A DNA stretch of 63,227 nucleotides, filler included, from Collodictyon triciliatum (GCA_043381765.1; 11 parts of 11 records of this genome joined end to end with filler, not necessarily neighbours in it), one strand, 5' to 3'. Shown: positions 29,109 through 44,600, counted from the whole stretch's first letter. Notes: generated by a model not told the origin, from the letters alone. Made by a program: numbers and translations.

Positions 29109-32100
29109 TTAGCAACTTAATACGCGGGAAAATTCAATGTGAAAGAAATCGTTTAAAAAGGAATCTGATGTATTAAAGACATGTGAGGGAATTTGAGAAG
29201 GTTCTGGAGATGCAAGTTTGGTCGGAGATGAGCCGGTATCGTAGAGATTGTCCGTGTTTGAAAGAGGAGATGTTGGTAAGTCAGTCATGTTGTAGCTGAT
29301 TGGATGATGTGCAGTAATGTTTTGCGAAGCAATCAGATGAGAAAACGACTCCATGACTTCATATCCTGCAGCAGTATCTGCACAGTGGGGATATAATCAC
29401 AATCTTGATAACTATTTTTTAAAATGAATGATCGATATGATTTTTGCTTTACTTTATTTTGTTTTATCTTTTTGGCTATGATTACATCGCCCGTACTGGC
29501 ATTATGCTTATCGGTTGTAAGGGCATATCGTGAATGTTACGGATTAAATTGATTTGACAAACCTTTTGTATTTAGTTTATCAAATTCGGTGATTATATTT
29601 GTGCTTTCAGACTTCTACAAAAAAAAAAACCAACTGAGAATGTGAATATCTATCCTTGGCTAGTTCGATGAGGACCTTTGGAAAAAAATTAACAGGAAGC
29701 AACTTGGAGAAGAAAAGAAAAAAAAAAAGGGCACAATACAGAAAAGATTATCAAGGTCAAAGACGAAATTTTACTTTTGGTTCATTTGCGGATGGCTCAT
29801 CGACTTCGGAGGAGATATGCAAATCTTTCATCGTGGATATGAATTGGCCATTCATCGACCAAACATACACTTTCCCATCCAACCCACATGAAGCTAGAGT
29901 CCCCTCCGACAGAGCGGATATACTAAATAGACATAAACAAAAGGATGAGTTCATGTGCAAAAGGGAATCGTGCGAAAATAAGATAAGATAAAATAAAAAC
30001 CCCGTTTAACTATGAATAGCCATATTATTGGTGCTTAGTGCGATTTATATATTCATTTTTGGTCGAGGGTATGTAAAAAGCAGATACCATAAAACGGCTG
30101 ATTTGTGTGCATGCCATTCATAAACTGGTGTGTGAGGTCCTTCATTTTTGGACATTTTGATTGCATCCCAAATCTAAGTGTTCCATTCACGACATTTTTT
30201 TTCGAAAAAAAAAAAGGAAAGAAATTCATTCAAAGTAATTTCTTAATAGATTGCATGTCATAAACGTAAAAAAAAAATTGTATGAGCCCACCCTGATATA
30301 TCCTCTGCCATCTCCAGTTGCAAAATAGCACTCATCAGTTTGCATAATAGCACTCAAAGACTCTTCTCTGTACTCCTTTCCGTTTTATATGCAGGTATTT
30401 TACGATTTGAGAAATGAGATTAATGATTATGGATACTCAGTTAAAACCATTCAGAGAAAGAAGAAACGATTCTGTGATTCATGAGAGCAAAGGTCACATG
30501 GCTATATTCGTCTTCATCGTCGCGGTTGGTGTTCTCTTCGCAATGACAAGAGCTCATACATGTAACCTTTTCAGTCACCCGGACAACCTTTTATTTATAT
30601 TTACATAGCAATCGACAGCCAACAAGTACCGTGTTGCATTTATAAGAATAAGTTTGCTGATAGAAGAGATTGTATGAGACATAAGTTTCTCATGATTGGT
30701 TGGTGTCTTACCTGCACTTTCAGAAACCGGAACTCAGATGCAGATATGATGTGAAAATGGCCTTCGGCGGAATATGCCACAGCAAACCCACGCGGCTTAA
30801 GGTATACCAACTATACACAATTATTGATTATTCATAGCTGGATTACTTTCAGCTCGATTATACCCTATTTGAAATCAACAATATTTGGTATGAACATCTT
30901 TTGTAAGAAAAAGGACAAAATGGGAAGGAAATAGATAGACTTAAGATAATACGGGCATATTTTTAAAAAAATCAGTCACCTTTTTTATTTCAAAAGGATT
31001 TTCGGGCTGCTCCTCATCTTCGTAAAGCCCATATTCAGAACTGTTGTCATGGTCAATTGGGATTTGAATACTCTTCTCGTATGATTCTATGTTAGCAACA
31101 AAAAAAAAAAAAAAATGAAAATTAAGGAGGTTGTTTCCTAAGAGAGGAAATTTGAAGAAAAGCCTTTTAAAGGAAGTAGAATCTCTGTCAGTTGGTTTCG
31201 TATGTGCTTCATGTCATGATAAACAAGATACTTGAATCAACATCCCAGAATCGAACGGAACCATCTGTATATCCCGTGATTATATTTGACGTTGAAACAC
31301 ACATGGAAGATATCTCCAACTCGTTGCTGAATACAAACAAGGTTTACGTTCGCATTACTGGATATTATTTGCATATATAAATCTGTGAATTTTTGACCCA
31401 CTGGCTGAAAGCCCTGTGACTGACGTAAGTGTCTATCTGAAAATCAGGCCAGGCGGCTAACTGCATTTAACAAGAAAAGCGCTCAGGATTCAGAGGTAAA
31501 ATCAGTTTAGGGGTATTCCATTATTTAATGGTGAAGGTGTTGGCTTTGGTTGGGTTTGCATGCTTTTAAATTATGATGTGTGCATGAAGATTGGATTTGA
31601 CATTTTTCTTCATAAAATAAACCTTTCTAGATTCATAGACGCCGACGATGGGTCTCTGATAGGACGGTCGCATGAAGTCAATCAACGAAACTGGCTTTTT
31701 CTTTGGTGTGCTCATGGAGGATATGCAACTCCCACAGTTGAAGTTCCATATCTTCATGGATTCAAATGTACACATGGGATTGATGAAATCGAAACATATG
31801 GAAGAGTGTAAATCATAATTGAAGGAGATAGGGATATTTGCAATATTATAAGGTAAATGCCTTGATTTCTCCGTCGGACGTGCAGCTAATCAGTCTCCTA
31901 TGCCTCGAATCCAGGACAGCACACGTAACCGTTATCTGAAAATATGTATATATAGAAAAGGAAATTTCAACATCCGCAAATAACATGAAAACGAACCAAG
32001 AAAAAATTATTTGAAGTAATCGTGTATGGNNNNNNNNNNNNNNNNNNNNNNNNNNNNNNNNNNNNNNNNNNNNNNNNNNNNNNNNNNNNNNNNNNNNNNN

Positions 32101-32568
32101 NNNNNNNNNNNNNNNNNNNNNNNNNNNNNNNNNNNNNNNNNNNNNNNNNNNNNNNNNNNNNNNNNNNNNNNNNNNNNTAGTAAATAAATCATATCAATAA
32201 GATATTGCATATGTCAGATGGGCGGGTTTACATGCAAATCAGCAACTTTGAATTGCACCAAAAGCTGTCCTGTTGATACTTGCCATACTCTGACAAGCCC
32301 AATGGATGAAATGGCAATCTATGAACAATTTTTATTAGCATATTTTCTGGGTGGTAGTATTTTTTTTTCTCTTAATTCGATTCAAAGTTTTTTTTGGGTG
32401 GTTGTATGATTATAGATAAGATGTAACTGTAGAGATCAAAATTACAATCTGATCGAAGCAATTGGAGTGGAAAAGCCCAATCACAGTTTGTTGTTTCAGA
32501 GCCTGTTCCGATGACGGATTGCTCTGTATTTCCGTGAGGTTACCGATTAAAAAAAGCATGGATTGCTA

Positions 32569-32635
<67 letters not shown>

Positions 32636-34100
32636 GGAAAAGAAGAAAAAGAAGAAAAAGAAGAAGAAAGTCATGAAATTAAGACAGGAATATGGCATCG
32701 TATTTTCACCTCTGTCTGAGATGATTCGAATGACCAAGCCCGAAGTAGGTGCCCACCAGTTAACTGCACCAGAAAAGCATACGTAAACCATCGATTTATA
32801 TATTTACACAAAACAAAAATATGGTAATGTTTCTAGAGATAATATTCAGTTTGCACCAGTCGCTGTCTCTTCACATCAAAGGCTGACACTGTAACAACAT
32901 TCTCAGGCTTATATTTGGCCATATCAAAAAGCGTTTTGACACACTGCATTCTCCTCACATCCCATATTTTTATGGTCTAATTTGAGGGTAAGGTGATGGA
33001 TTAAAATAAAGTCTAGGTTTGATATTGCATATGCTTTTAATCATGCAATAAGAAACAAGTGAGGCACTAATTATAAAGAAAATGGGGTACTTTGTCCACA
33101 GAACATGATATCAACTGGTGGTGACTTTCATTACTCATAACACTCGTTATAGGTGCATAATGACCGTACAGCCTCACCACAGGGTTTTTTCTGATGGGAT
33201 CCCACGCTATTCTGTTTGGATTCCATTTTTTATGTTTTTATTAATCTGATTTTTATGGCATCTCATCATACGTCTATTCAGAAAAAAATTAGGCAAGCAG
33301 TAAAAAAAAAAAAATAATAATAATTGAATTGAAAAATGTAATTGAAAAGAAAACGAGTATTTGTAAATGTCAGTAAAATTTAAAATTGGTGACTTACAAA
33401 TCGTGAGATAGACCTCCACTAAAAATCATTTTGTACATGGAACTATAATCTATAGACTGAACACCCTGTGAACCGATATTATTTTTTTTACAAATTTATA
33501 TTTTATACGGGTCTAATCGACAATTTAGAATACATGTAAAAATATGCATCGCATTTCTGATTTAATAATTTTGACTCTGTGTTAAACAAACCCCTTTGTG
33601 TCCCTTCAATACCGTCGTGACGTCGGGTCTCTCGATTGAGGAAATGCATATTGTAGAGTCCAAAGAACATGTTGTCATTCCAATCTATTTTTATATATAA
33701 TCATTACAGTTATTGACATCGCTGGCTAATTTGATTTATACAAGGAAAAGAACTGTTATCTCCAAAACAGTAGTGAATTCAAGTACAGACCATGCAATAA
33801 ACTGGTAGAATTCAGGCTCATTCCGATGGTGTATAAAAATGAATGCAGAAATAAAGTAATTACTTACCCCAGAAAAATTCCTGACTTCCGTTAGGCAATC
33901 AGAGTGAGGCTTATTCTAATTTTTAAGATATATAATTAATAAGATTTTGGAGCATTCGTATGGAGTAATAACTGTAAAACGGTATAAAACAAGGAAGAAA
34001 GAAAAATAATAGTACACACACCTGGCATATGGGTGACCAGTCGCGGGTATCAAACCAAATAACATCACCCTTTGCTCCTCCGACAAAAGCGATATCCTTT
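29109..34100 (-). CDS. WD40-repeat protein (possibly WDR49/EFCAB8/CFAP337-like), 5' end missing
   Basis: Exons: LYGHYAPITSVMSNESHHQLISCSVDK, TIKIWDVRRMQCVKT, RLISCTSDGEIK-IWNFNCGSC, ITGYTDGSVRFWDV, FATGDGRGYIR-IWD, LASCGLDGKVYVWSMNGQFI. Spans a true N gap at 32030-32177. Subfamily is inference. Confidence 0.82.
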
Positions 34101-34386
34101 AATATAAAATGAGAAAGAAATGGTAATAACAAATCATGTTGACAATAACTCCACTTAAAGATCAATGTTTTTGTATCGGGAGATAACCTTATGACTTGAT
34201 ATATCACTGTAATCAACAACTCCCATACAGAGAGGTATGATTTCTAAAGCTATGCTGCGAATGGAACCATAGGTTAAGTCTTTCTTTTTCCCATAGATGG
34301 TCAGTGATTGATCTGCGTATTTGATAATGAATGTACTTTTTTCTTTTTTTTCTTTTTTTCTTTTTTTCTTTTTTCTTTTTTTTTTT

Positions 34387-34452
<66 letters not shown>

Positions 34453-34993
34453 NNNNNNNNNNNNNNNNNNNNNNNNNNNNNNNNNNNNNNNNNNNNTTAA
34501 TTAATTAANNNNNNNNNNNNNNNNNNNNNNNNNNNNNNNNNNNNNNNNNNNNACAGTCACATGTTTATTCGGTACTAACTGTAAGAAGCAAATAAATATA
34601 CATAAAAAAAAAAAAACGAAAAGGAGAAACTTAACTGCTTCATCACTGCGAACACTCAGAACAACTTCGCCCGCTTTTCTCTTCTGTGATCATCTTTTTT
34701 CTTCTTGTGATAGTTTGGACGAGAAATCATGCAAAAAGGAAAAAAAAGGTTTGTATTTCAAACTTTTGAACCGGAAAAATATTTGTGGAAAATATATTGT
34801 TTTGATCAATTCCAATATATAAATCATAATCTTTCAATCAATATTACTTATTTGTAGTAAAAGATCAATTAAATTGCAGCTTTATAATTTCTCGCATACT
34901 TTATTGGCACAAATCCCCGATCGTCCCACTTACTCAATAACATCAGCGCGTAACTCGCTGTTCCATGCAAACCATTTTCTACTATTGTTGTTG

Positions 34994-35090
<97 letters not shown>

Positions 35091-35178
35091 ACACTATCTC
35101 CTCTTTCGAGATTTCAACACTGCCTCTGTTATCGACCCCAGGCAAAGAAGCCTCCCAGGCCTCTGCGCAACAAGCAAA

Positions 35179-38100
35179 ATGATGATGCAAACATCGATCA
35201 CGGAGGAGTCCAGTGGGACAGAAACATCATCCCAACCGCCAACACCATCCTCGAACGCGGGGCCGATCATGTCGGAGGAAATGAAAGCATCGTCTCACGC
35301 TATGAAAGGCAGACTTAAGAAGGCAAATTCGTTTGGCTGGGGCACCATTGGCCGAAGCAAAGGCCTCAAGGGTCAAGCTCTGGAGCTGCATCGAGCCATG
35401 CAGTGAGTTTCTGTGTTCTTTGACCTCGCAGTATCAAACAGTCTGGGTGATTCTGCCCCGTTTATATCTGCCTTAATGTCTGTATACACATGAGAAAATA
35501 ATTGCACGGGAATGGATTTTCTATGGACATTGACATGTGGTTGTGGTGTTTTTTTTGTTTTTTTGTTTTTTTGTTTTGATATGAGCTATCATGCTCTGGC
35601 TATCATTTGTACCTAGATTTACTCATTCTTATTTATTGGTGGCAAAACCAATTGATTTACTGATATATGGTATATGTGCTGCACGTATATGGTCCCCATA
35701 TTTTTTTTTTGTAACAAATACCGTGTTCTCGTGAATCAATTCAGATTACCATGATATCTGCCCGATAATCATGAATCAGAAAATCCTTCTCTCTCACGTG
35801 CTCTGATTTTTCTCTATTTTATGAACTCAACATTATATAAAAGTCAGCAGCGTCCAAGCAATCGGTGTTTTTATCGTGTAGGAGAGAATTTTCGGATGCG
35901 CAACCTGAAAAGGCAAGAGTATCGCATGATGCCCAATATGACATAGGCCGATGGTGGAGAAATCTATTCTGTATTATCAACGCCTCTATCGGGGTTGGAC
36001 TAATGATGATTGCGGTGGGAACACCTCTACAAATATCTTTTATCAAAGTTTATTTACTCTATCTCATCCATTCCTACCAATTTAAGCTTTATTGTTAATT
36101 AGACGGCCATCAACTGGGACGGCGTTCAGGTGGTGAATTACGAGGCTGGCGATATCTTGAAAGTAGCTGTGTCTGTATCGTCACTGATCCTTGGTAAGTA
36201 TGGATTCAAGCAAGCTTACACACCGATTATTGGAGGGTGTAATGACAGAGCATATATAGTATTCTCTATCTGTGGATCTGCTGTTCTTTATTCAAACTAT
36301 TACCAGTCATTCAGGTGTGCGAATATCACCATTTTAAAGTGGTTTGTATGTTTCGAAAGTATGTGAAAGACATCGATATTCCGTGGATTGCGTTTGCAAA
36401 AGAGGTGATGAAATTTATGAAAAATGTAGTCTATAGTTCAAAACCAGTGATTTGATCTAAATGATTTTGTTTTTGTCCAGGCGCCTCTTCTTTTCCTTGA
36501 ATGCGTCGTTTGTGCTTTTCATATTCCTCCATTCTGTGGTCATTATATTACCGACAAGTGGATGATATTCATGTTCATCCGCTTATATTTGGTTTTGCGT
36601 TTTCTGAGAGACTTGTCACCAATAACGGAACACAAAACTCGAATTATCTCTCTTGGGTACCTTTCATTCCACTTTGATATGCCCTTTCAACAGTCGCTAT
36701 GTTTTTATTTCTAGTCGGTCAAAATTTCTTGTTTACATTCCAAAGTGCATTTTTTTTCTTCCTTGCTTTCACTTACCATACCTAATCATATATACATTAC
36801 ATACCATATGAAACCAAAACATATGATTCATTTTAAATACTATTTCAAAGTAGACTCAACCTATGATAGCGTGTATGGTCATTCACAATCTTTCATGATA
36901 TTTTGAATTATTTTTATTTTTATTTTTATTTTTATTTTTATTTTTATTTTTATTTTTATTTTTATTTTTATTTTTATTTTTATTTTTATTTTTATTTTTA
37001 TTTTTATTTTTATTAACTACCATTTTTAAAAGGTTTTTTCACCTTGGAGGCTCAAGCTTCAACTCATGGATATTTCACATCCGCACTTTTGTTTATCGTA
37101 GACCTGGTTCCTATTATTCATGAATTGATCTATATTTAATAAAATATTTTGCTTCATAAGAAATTTAATTGGTTATGGGAGATGTATACGCATATGCTGA
37201 TTTATTTTCTAATTAAATGTTCATAGGATTTTCTATCGTATCTGTCGTGTCTGTCATATACTTTGTTGTGTCTTTTTCGATATACGTTTTCGAAAGGTTG
37301 AATAAAATTTGAATTTTCTTTATTATTTTGACATAGCAAACATAATATGACGTTTAAGTTAAATTGAATAGCCATATCAAAATTATTTAGAGAAGGCTCT
37401 AATGTGATTCTTCCACACATAGAGAACGTCAGCCAGAGAAATTTACATATAAATCCACTCTATGGGTAAAATATATCGCACATTAATTTATGAAAATAAT
37501 TTATTTCAGTCTGAGTTTTGTCTGCATGAAAGAATAATCATTATTTTCATTTTATTCAAATCGACTTTAGTATACAGCCGTCACTATGACTACCAGTAAG
37601 TTACAATTAATCTTACACATGCTTCTTTTTTCTTTTCTCCTTCTCCTTCTTTTTCTTTTTCTTTTTCTTTTTCTTTTTCTTTTTCTTTTTCTTTTTCTTT
37701 TTCTTTTTCTTTTTCTTTTTCTTTTTCTTTTTCTTTTTCTTTTTCTTTTTATTTTTTTGTTTGTATGTTTTTTTGTTTTTGTTCATGTTATTGTTAACAT
37801 GATAGTAATTTTGATAATTAATGTACTCATATATGTAATTATACATAATTCGCCTAGTTTTATCATTATTATTATTTAAAAAACAATAAGAATTCAATCC
37901 CATGAAATGTTTCTATTATAAGCCCATTATCAAAATAGTTGGATTTGGGGACATGGCAGCCAAAAGCCATATGGGAAGGTTCCTGGCTATGGTATTGTTC
38001 CTACTGTTGTTGGCTAAGAAGAAAAATTGCTCTTTTCATTCAACTTCATTCCTCTATCGTTTAATCACGTAAATTTTTCTATGAATAATTATTATTTGCA

Positions 38101-40050
38101 TCAACAGTTAGCTGGCTCACTTGGAATAACCCTCAGCTCGTTTTGTGTCACAGTGGTCAACAGAGCATTACACTTATCAAAGCACGAAAAAGTTTGGACC
38201 CTCCCTTTCAACCCTGCTTCCTAACGCTTTTCGTTCGCTTTCTTTGTACAAATATTACTGGAGAAATTCAGAGAACCATCAAATGCTATTTATTTAGAAG
38301 CTATCCTTTTACAACCTTAGTGACCAATTTTTCTATGGTTAATAGTTTGCAAATGATTTGGTCGAGATACAAATTATCGAACATAAACGGCTAAACTCTG
38401 CGGCTACAATAATTCAAGTCTTTTAAAATGAATCGAGTGGTGGAAGAAAAAAAAAAGAACAATATGAAATGAAATACATCAGTTTTATGAATGTATGAAA
38501 GCGTAATTTTTTGCTTCGTTTGATTTGTTTTCTGCAGTGTTGGTGGAGGCTTCTCCACTTGCAAAAAGATACCACTGAAGATGCTTCCATCGAATATCAA
38601 TGCCGAAAAAGGCTCATTGAGGAGACGATACGCTTGCGACGCTACAGAAAGTTAGCTAAAACTTTGCATTTCATTCAAAAAGATTATCAAATACTCCTGA
38701 AAATCGCATTTTCAATGCAATCCTACATTGCTCAAGTCATTTCATACAGGCTGCGAAAGAACATATCCAGCTACGGAGAGAACCCTGTTATTCTCACAAG
38801 GCTCCGGCTAGATGGATGCTTCGACCCTTACCTCGACCGCATCCTCAAGGCAGAGAAGAATTGCAAGTAATAATAATTGTATCCTTCGTCATTTTTCCTT
38901 ATACCAAATCAAAGGATTTGTCTTTTGCTGTCTAATAGTATTCTTTCGTATTACATGCCTTTTTTTNNNNNNNNNNNNNNNNNNNNNNNNNNNNNNNNNN
39001 NNNNNNNNNNNNNNNNNNNNNNNNNNNNNNNNNNNNNNNNNNNNNNNNNNNNNNNNNNNNNNNNNNNNNNNNNNNNNNNNNNNNNNNNNNNNNNNNNNNN
39101 NNNNNNNNNNNNNNNNNNNNNNNNNNNNNNNNNNNNNNNNNNNNNNNNNNNNNNNNNNNNNNNNNNNNNNNNAAATAAATCATTAAGCACACAACTTGCA
39201 AACTTTTCCCTTGTCCAATGCTTAATGACTTTCGTACAACAGCAATGCAGAGAGGACGATGAAGGCATGTATATCTTACTTGGTGGATCAAACACCGCAT
39301 TCTCAACCTATTCGCACACGAGGCTATGGGAACTCCTTCGCCATCAAAACAAATCGGGCCTTGTCCTTCCTTCCACCGCCAACTCCAGCAACTGATGTGC
39401 AAGCTCAGTTCCTTCCTCAACCAACAACGTCAGCGTCACCACCATCGACTTCACCCGCATATGAAGAACTGCTCCAAAAGAGTACCAATTCAATCCATTT
39501 GTTTACGATGCTGCATATCTTTTAAGTATCGGTTTTTTTTTATCAAGTTTGTAATTTAATTACGAACTTTTTCGTTTTTTTCTCTCTTACTCACTCACTC
39601 ACTCACTCACTCACTTTTTTCTTTTTTTTAAAAAATTTTTTTTAATATATTTGCTTTGAAATGAGATACTCCATCTGAAAAGTCCAAGCGGATATGTCTT
39701 CTGAACTTGTTAATGTATGCGATGCGAAATGCATGCATTCATCTAGTTGGATTGGTCGTGGACCGCATCGACACTCGCATGCAGGCACTCGAGAAGCGTG
39801 TTTCCCGGCAGCTGGCAAAGCACGAATGATGCGACGCACTGCAATAAATGTGGCATCGACATAACCATATTCATAATCCATCTGCATAGACTTCCTTCTC
39901 AGGAGCGCGCGTATCTCTGCGCCACCGTCGCTTTCCCTTTGGCTTTCGCATAAATTTGGATGGTCTTTCCAATGGTGCTTTTGTATGGAATTCTGTTTTC
40001 TTTCGTTCAAATTCTTCATTATCAACGCGCACTTATTTCTGATCGTACAG
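35179..40050 (+). CDS. 6-TM potassium channel, SK/KCNN-like, multi-exon
   Basis: S1 RWWRNLFCIINASIGVGLMMIAVG; LFLECVVCAFHIPP; MIFMFIRLYLVLRFLRD; pore YTAVTMTT|VGFGDMAAKSHMGRFLAM (37572-37595 and 37938-37992); S6 LAGSLGITLSSFCVTVVNRALHLSKHEK. 3' end uncertain. Confidence 0.85.
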
Positions 40051-40308
40051 GTGACACGCGAAGCCAAATATCCCTTTCCTTTTCGTTATCGCTTCTTTTT
40101 TTTTCCTTTTTCTTTTTCTTCTTTTCTTTTTCTTCTTTTCTTTTTCTTCTTTTCTTTTTCTTCTTTTCTTTTTCTTCTTTTCTTTTTCTTCTTTTCTTTT
40201 TCTTCTTTNNNNNNNNNNNNNNNNNNNNNNNNNNNNNNNNNNNNNNNNNNNNTTAATTAATTAANNNNNNNNNNNNNNNNNNNNNNNNNNNNNNNNNNNN
40301 NNNNNNNN

Positions 40309-40410
40309 AATAACAAATAACAAATAACAAATAACAAATAACAAATAACAAATAACAAATAACAAATAACAAATAACAAATAACAAATAACAAATAACAA
40401 ATAACAAATA
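40309..40410 (+). repeat. (AATAACA)n repeat
   Basis: Directly visible at the contig start. Confidence 0.9.
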
Positions 40411-40634
40411 AACAAGACCTGAGAGATCATGATATTTTGTGGGTTGTACCACTAAGAAATATCCTTCTTGTCTTTTTGACTCCTGTCACAATCACAATAC
40501 GGGGCGAATGAGGCCTGCACATATGATCAAAAGAACTGACTCTCAATCGTGCCAACCCGACTCCACAAGGCCCAAGAAAAATTATCTTCCATCATTGTTT
40601 TCACACAATTCATTTTCCTGCGCACCTTTTCCCC

Positions 40635-41460
40635 CAGGTACAGGGAATGTCGCGGCGCCATCATTCAGCTTCCAAGTCTGCTTCTAAAAGTTCAGATCGA
40701 TCCATGAATGGGAGTCGGATGTTGACCGGGGGCCTCCAGAGCATATTAACAGAGGTATGCTCATTTATAATCACTTTAATTTGATTTTTTTATTGCCACT
40801 TTTTAATGATGTACATTTTTCCGTTCGCCATATATCGAAGCTTTGATTTTGTATTGCCTTCTCTTTTCTTTCATTTTGAAGTTTCGCCGCCCGATGATTT
40901 TGTTTTTCTCTTCCTTTCCTCTCCCAATATTTTTATTTCTTTAATTTTTTTTTTACTTTTTCAAAATGATAATGATAATGATAATGATAATGATAATGAT
41001 AATGATAATGATAATGATAATGATAATGATAATGATAATGATAATGATAATGATAATGATAATGATTCACATTTACATTTACATTTTCGTTATTATTAAT
41101 ACAAATATTGTTAATGTTAAAATCTATTAAAAATTAAGGCCAGTAGACGTTGTCAAGAGTACGTTGAAGAAGGAACAGCTGGTTCAGGAGTCGTACCTGA
41201 AGTAACCCGTCCGCCATTATCTCCCTATTCAAGCCTCTCAAGGGCAATAGATTTTCCACCGATTATACTCTAATTGTACGTAAGCACGGTTCGTTACTAT
41301 TCTAAAATGAATTCCTTCAGAGAGGACAAGGACAGCACAATATCCTATCGAAGTCTGTCTTATTCGAGCCTAGTGAGAACGGAAGTGAGTTACGCTCACG
41401 AAGTTCTAGAGACCACGAAATGAAAATATATGATAAACTGTCTCGCCTTGAAGAGATATC
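40635..41460 (+). CDS. Probable 3' exons of a low-complexity S/P/R-rich protein
   Basis: GT-AG bounded exon-like segments at ~40640-40755, ~41140-41280 and ~41320-41430; no recognisable domain. Confidence 0.3.
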
Positions 41461-41672
41461 TGGGGTAATTAGATGTAATCCCCTGAAGAAATTTTTCTTT
41501 CTCTAAATATCATTTTGTTTTGTTAAAAATAAAGAAACGTATCGGCTGATGAGTGCGCGAATGTAACAACCAGTCATATTTGTAGCACTGTAAATACATA
41601 TCAATCATATATAGGGACACGTAAAGTTGAATCTTCGAAAGGCCCTAGAGGGAGTTCATTCTAGACGAGATC

Positions 41673-44600
41673 ATGGCAGACGAACAAGAGCATTCGTAGA
41701 TACTGGTACCAACTGTGTATAATAATTGGAATTAATATGATGCATTGTATATTTGACTATCTTTCTCAACCAATTTTTTCTGCTTATAAAGATATATTCA
41801 CATGCAAATGTTTTAAAGACTCCTGAATTAACGAATACAATTTAAAAAAAAAAGACCTTGATAGTATTCGGTCAGAAACTGTTGTACATGATGCCAATGA
41901 GGAGGAAACTGATGAAACCGACCGCGAAAATCGAGACAGAAATACAGATACCTCCTTGGCCGAAATACCATTTCGGGATTTCCATTCCCATAGAATCCCC
42001 CGTAAGCTTTCATTTCAAACTCAAATGTTGTCTCATATTATGGAGGTATATTTTTCACTTTGCCACTTTGAATCATTACAAAACATAAATGGCGTTGAAT
42101 AGCTGCCAAACTCTCCATTTCACCAACCAGCAATTTTTTTTATACAAAAACAAATAAGTTCGACCGCCTCAGGACAGTCTGGATTACAAATCAACACCCT
42201 CAAAAGGAGCAAAGTCTTCACATTCTTCACCTCCTAAAAAAGGGAATTCATCGAGTGCTCTGAAGAGTACTTCGGCCATAAGAGAACCACGCGACTCAAA
42301 AGATCAATCTCGGTTTGTACGAGACACAATCTTTTTTTTTTTTTTTTTTTTTACTTTCGAGAAATTAGCCATTATGCATCCAAAAAAAAAGCAAACGAAG
42401 AATGCAAGCAAGCAAGCAAACAAGAAACCAAGTTGATAATATTAATATCAAATAGGTATTCAGCGTGGGGGGATGTTGACTATTTCCCTCTTGAGAGCAC
42501 TGTAGGGAGAATTTCGAGAAATTCACAACGTTCATATCATGACGATAATGACACCAGCGGTTTTGGTGATGTGTCGCTTGATAATCGAATGTCACCTTTA
42601 GTTCACCGATCACATAACGACGACGATGATGAGGTACTTAGTACTCGAGCGTGTTTTGCGTTACATACCCCGATTTTGTGAATTGAATGAATAAAAAAAG
42701 TCACGCTGGTGAATTACTATTTTCTAAATATCGTGTGAAACAGGATGTAATACCAGTAGAGAGAATTCGAGAAGAATTGCTATCTTTCAGCAATATATTG
42801 AAAGTATGTGGAGATCAAATCGCCTGTTCTGTTAGATTATTCATCTTATCCCTATAACATATTAATTTAAAAAGTCTCACCATTTCCCCATTCTATGACA
42901 ATTTGTACTGTTCTCGCATCCTTTTCTCCATTCAAATTGCTCTCACCGGAATGAACTACAGGGTCAATCTGAAGCTTTGCGATTGAGAGAATCCCTTGTC
43001 GAGGAGAAAGAGCAGGATTTGAGGTCAAAAGAAGATGACTTGATCCGCAGGCAGCATGAATGGGAGGCATTCATGGTAATTACATGCAGCCGAAACTCTA
43101 TAAAATCCGCCAATCACTTTCTTTCATTGATACTTTTGCTGAGTAGTAGTTGAATAATTTAATGCGCGGTTTTGAGTAGAAACAAGAGGCCGAGAAAGTA
43201 GATGATGGTAGACACCAAGAGAATGAACTGTTGACTCTATGTACAAATCTTGAAAAAGTGAACAATCAATTAACATCACAGGTATTTGCCAAAGTTTCGA
43301 ATATTTCTTTCTTTTCTATCAATATTCCACGTTTAATATGCCTCCGCAGGGCAAAAATGCTCATGCTACATTTAATAACTGATTCAATATACCCACCAAA
43401 GAAAGACATATCACTATGTGTGCTTTAATATCTGTTAGATTGAAAGGTTGCAGCATCAAGTCTCTGATTTACAAAAGAAACTTCTCCTGGCTCAAGAACA
43501 ATCACAATCTGTAATTTATAGAATTTAATTATTTTTTTTTAACATTCGTCATAATGTATAATACGATGGTTTTTATAATAGCAAGTGTGGTGAAAGTTTT
43601 ATGCATAAGTGATATAAAATTTCCCCTTTATTCGATTCAAAGATTTTTTCCTTTATTCGATTCAAAGTTATTCGATTCAAAGATATTTAAGTGATATAGT
43701 TCAAATAATCTAAATCCATATCAGGTGTCCCATCGATATGAACTACTTCAGCTCCAAACAGCATCTATTCGCCAAAGCCCCAAGCCAAAAAGATCTACAG
43801 AGAGTAAATTTAAATAATCATTAGGGTTCCCCAGCCTTCTTATTACCTTTTTTTTTTTTTTTACTCGCCTTCACTATATTTCCATTTCCATTTACCAAGT
43901 GTGCAAAACCTGGAAATTGTAATATTTAGCCAAATACGAAGGCCATAATTCATTCAATATTTTTTTTTTGGATCAGTCATACAAATACCAACTCATATAA
44001 AAACCGTGATTTCATAAAATAGTTGAGTTTAACGAGTCGATGCTATTGCTGCGCCAAGCTCAAGATATTTTGCTGGTAATCATGGACTCTCATAATGAGG
44101 TATATGCCGATGAGTTTTTCTTTCTTTCATTTATATGTTTTCTTACTTATTTTTTTAGACCTCTGAAAAGACATACTGAGTTCAAATATTTAGTCCCGAA
44201 ATGAGCCCATATCGCACACTTTCTATTCTTTTTTTTTTTTTTCAAACGTGGGATAATTGATTATTCTACTACGATTTTTATACAGTTAAAAAGCAAGGAA
44301 CCTGTATGCAAACACATACTGTTTCCGGATAATCACGAGATTGGTGCAAAGGTACACCACCGAACTTGTAGCAAGGCCTTTGAATTAACGCACAGCCTCG
44401 TTGATTGTGATATGCACACGATTTTTCTCTTAAATCAATTTTCTTTTCTATAATGCCGATAATTTCCTATTTTTTTTTTTAGGTCTTACCCGGACTGCAT
44501 GCAATATTAATGAATCTAGCACCAGAAGACGAAGACCAACAAAAAGTTTTTCTAGAATTTTCCTGGTCTTGTATGCACATGAGTCCGGAATCAATCAGAG

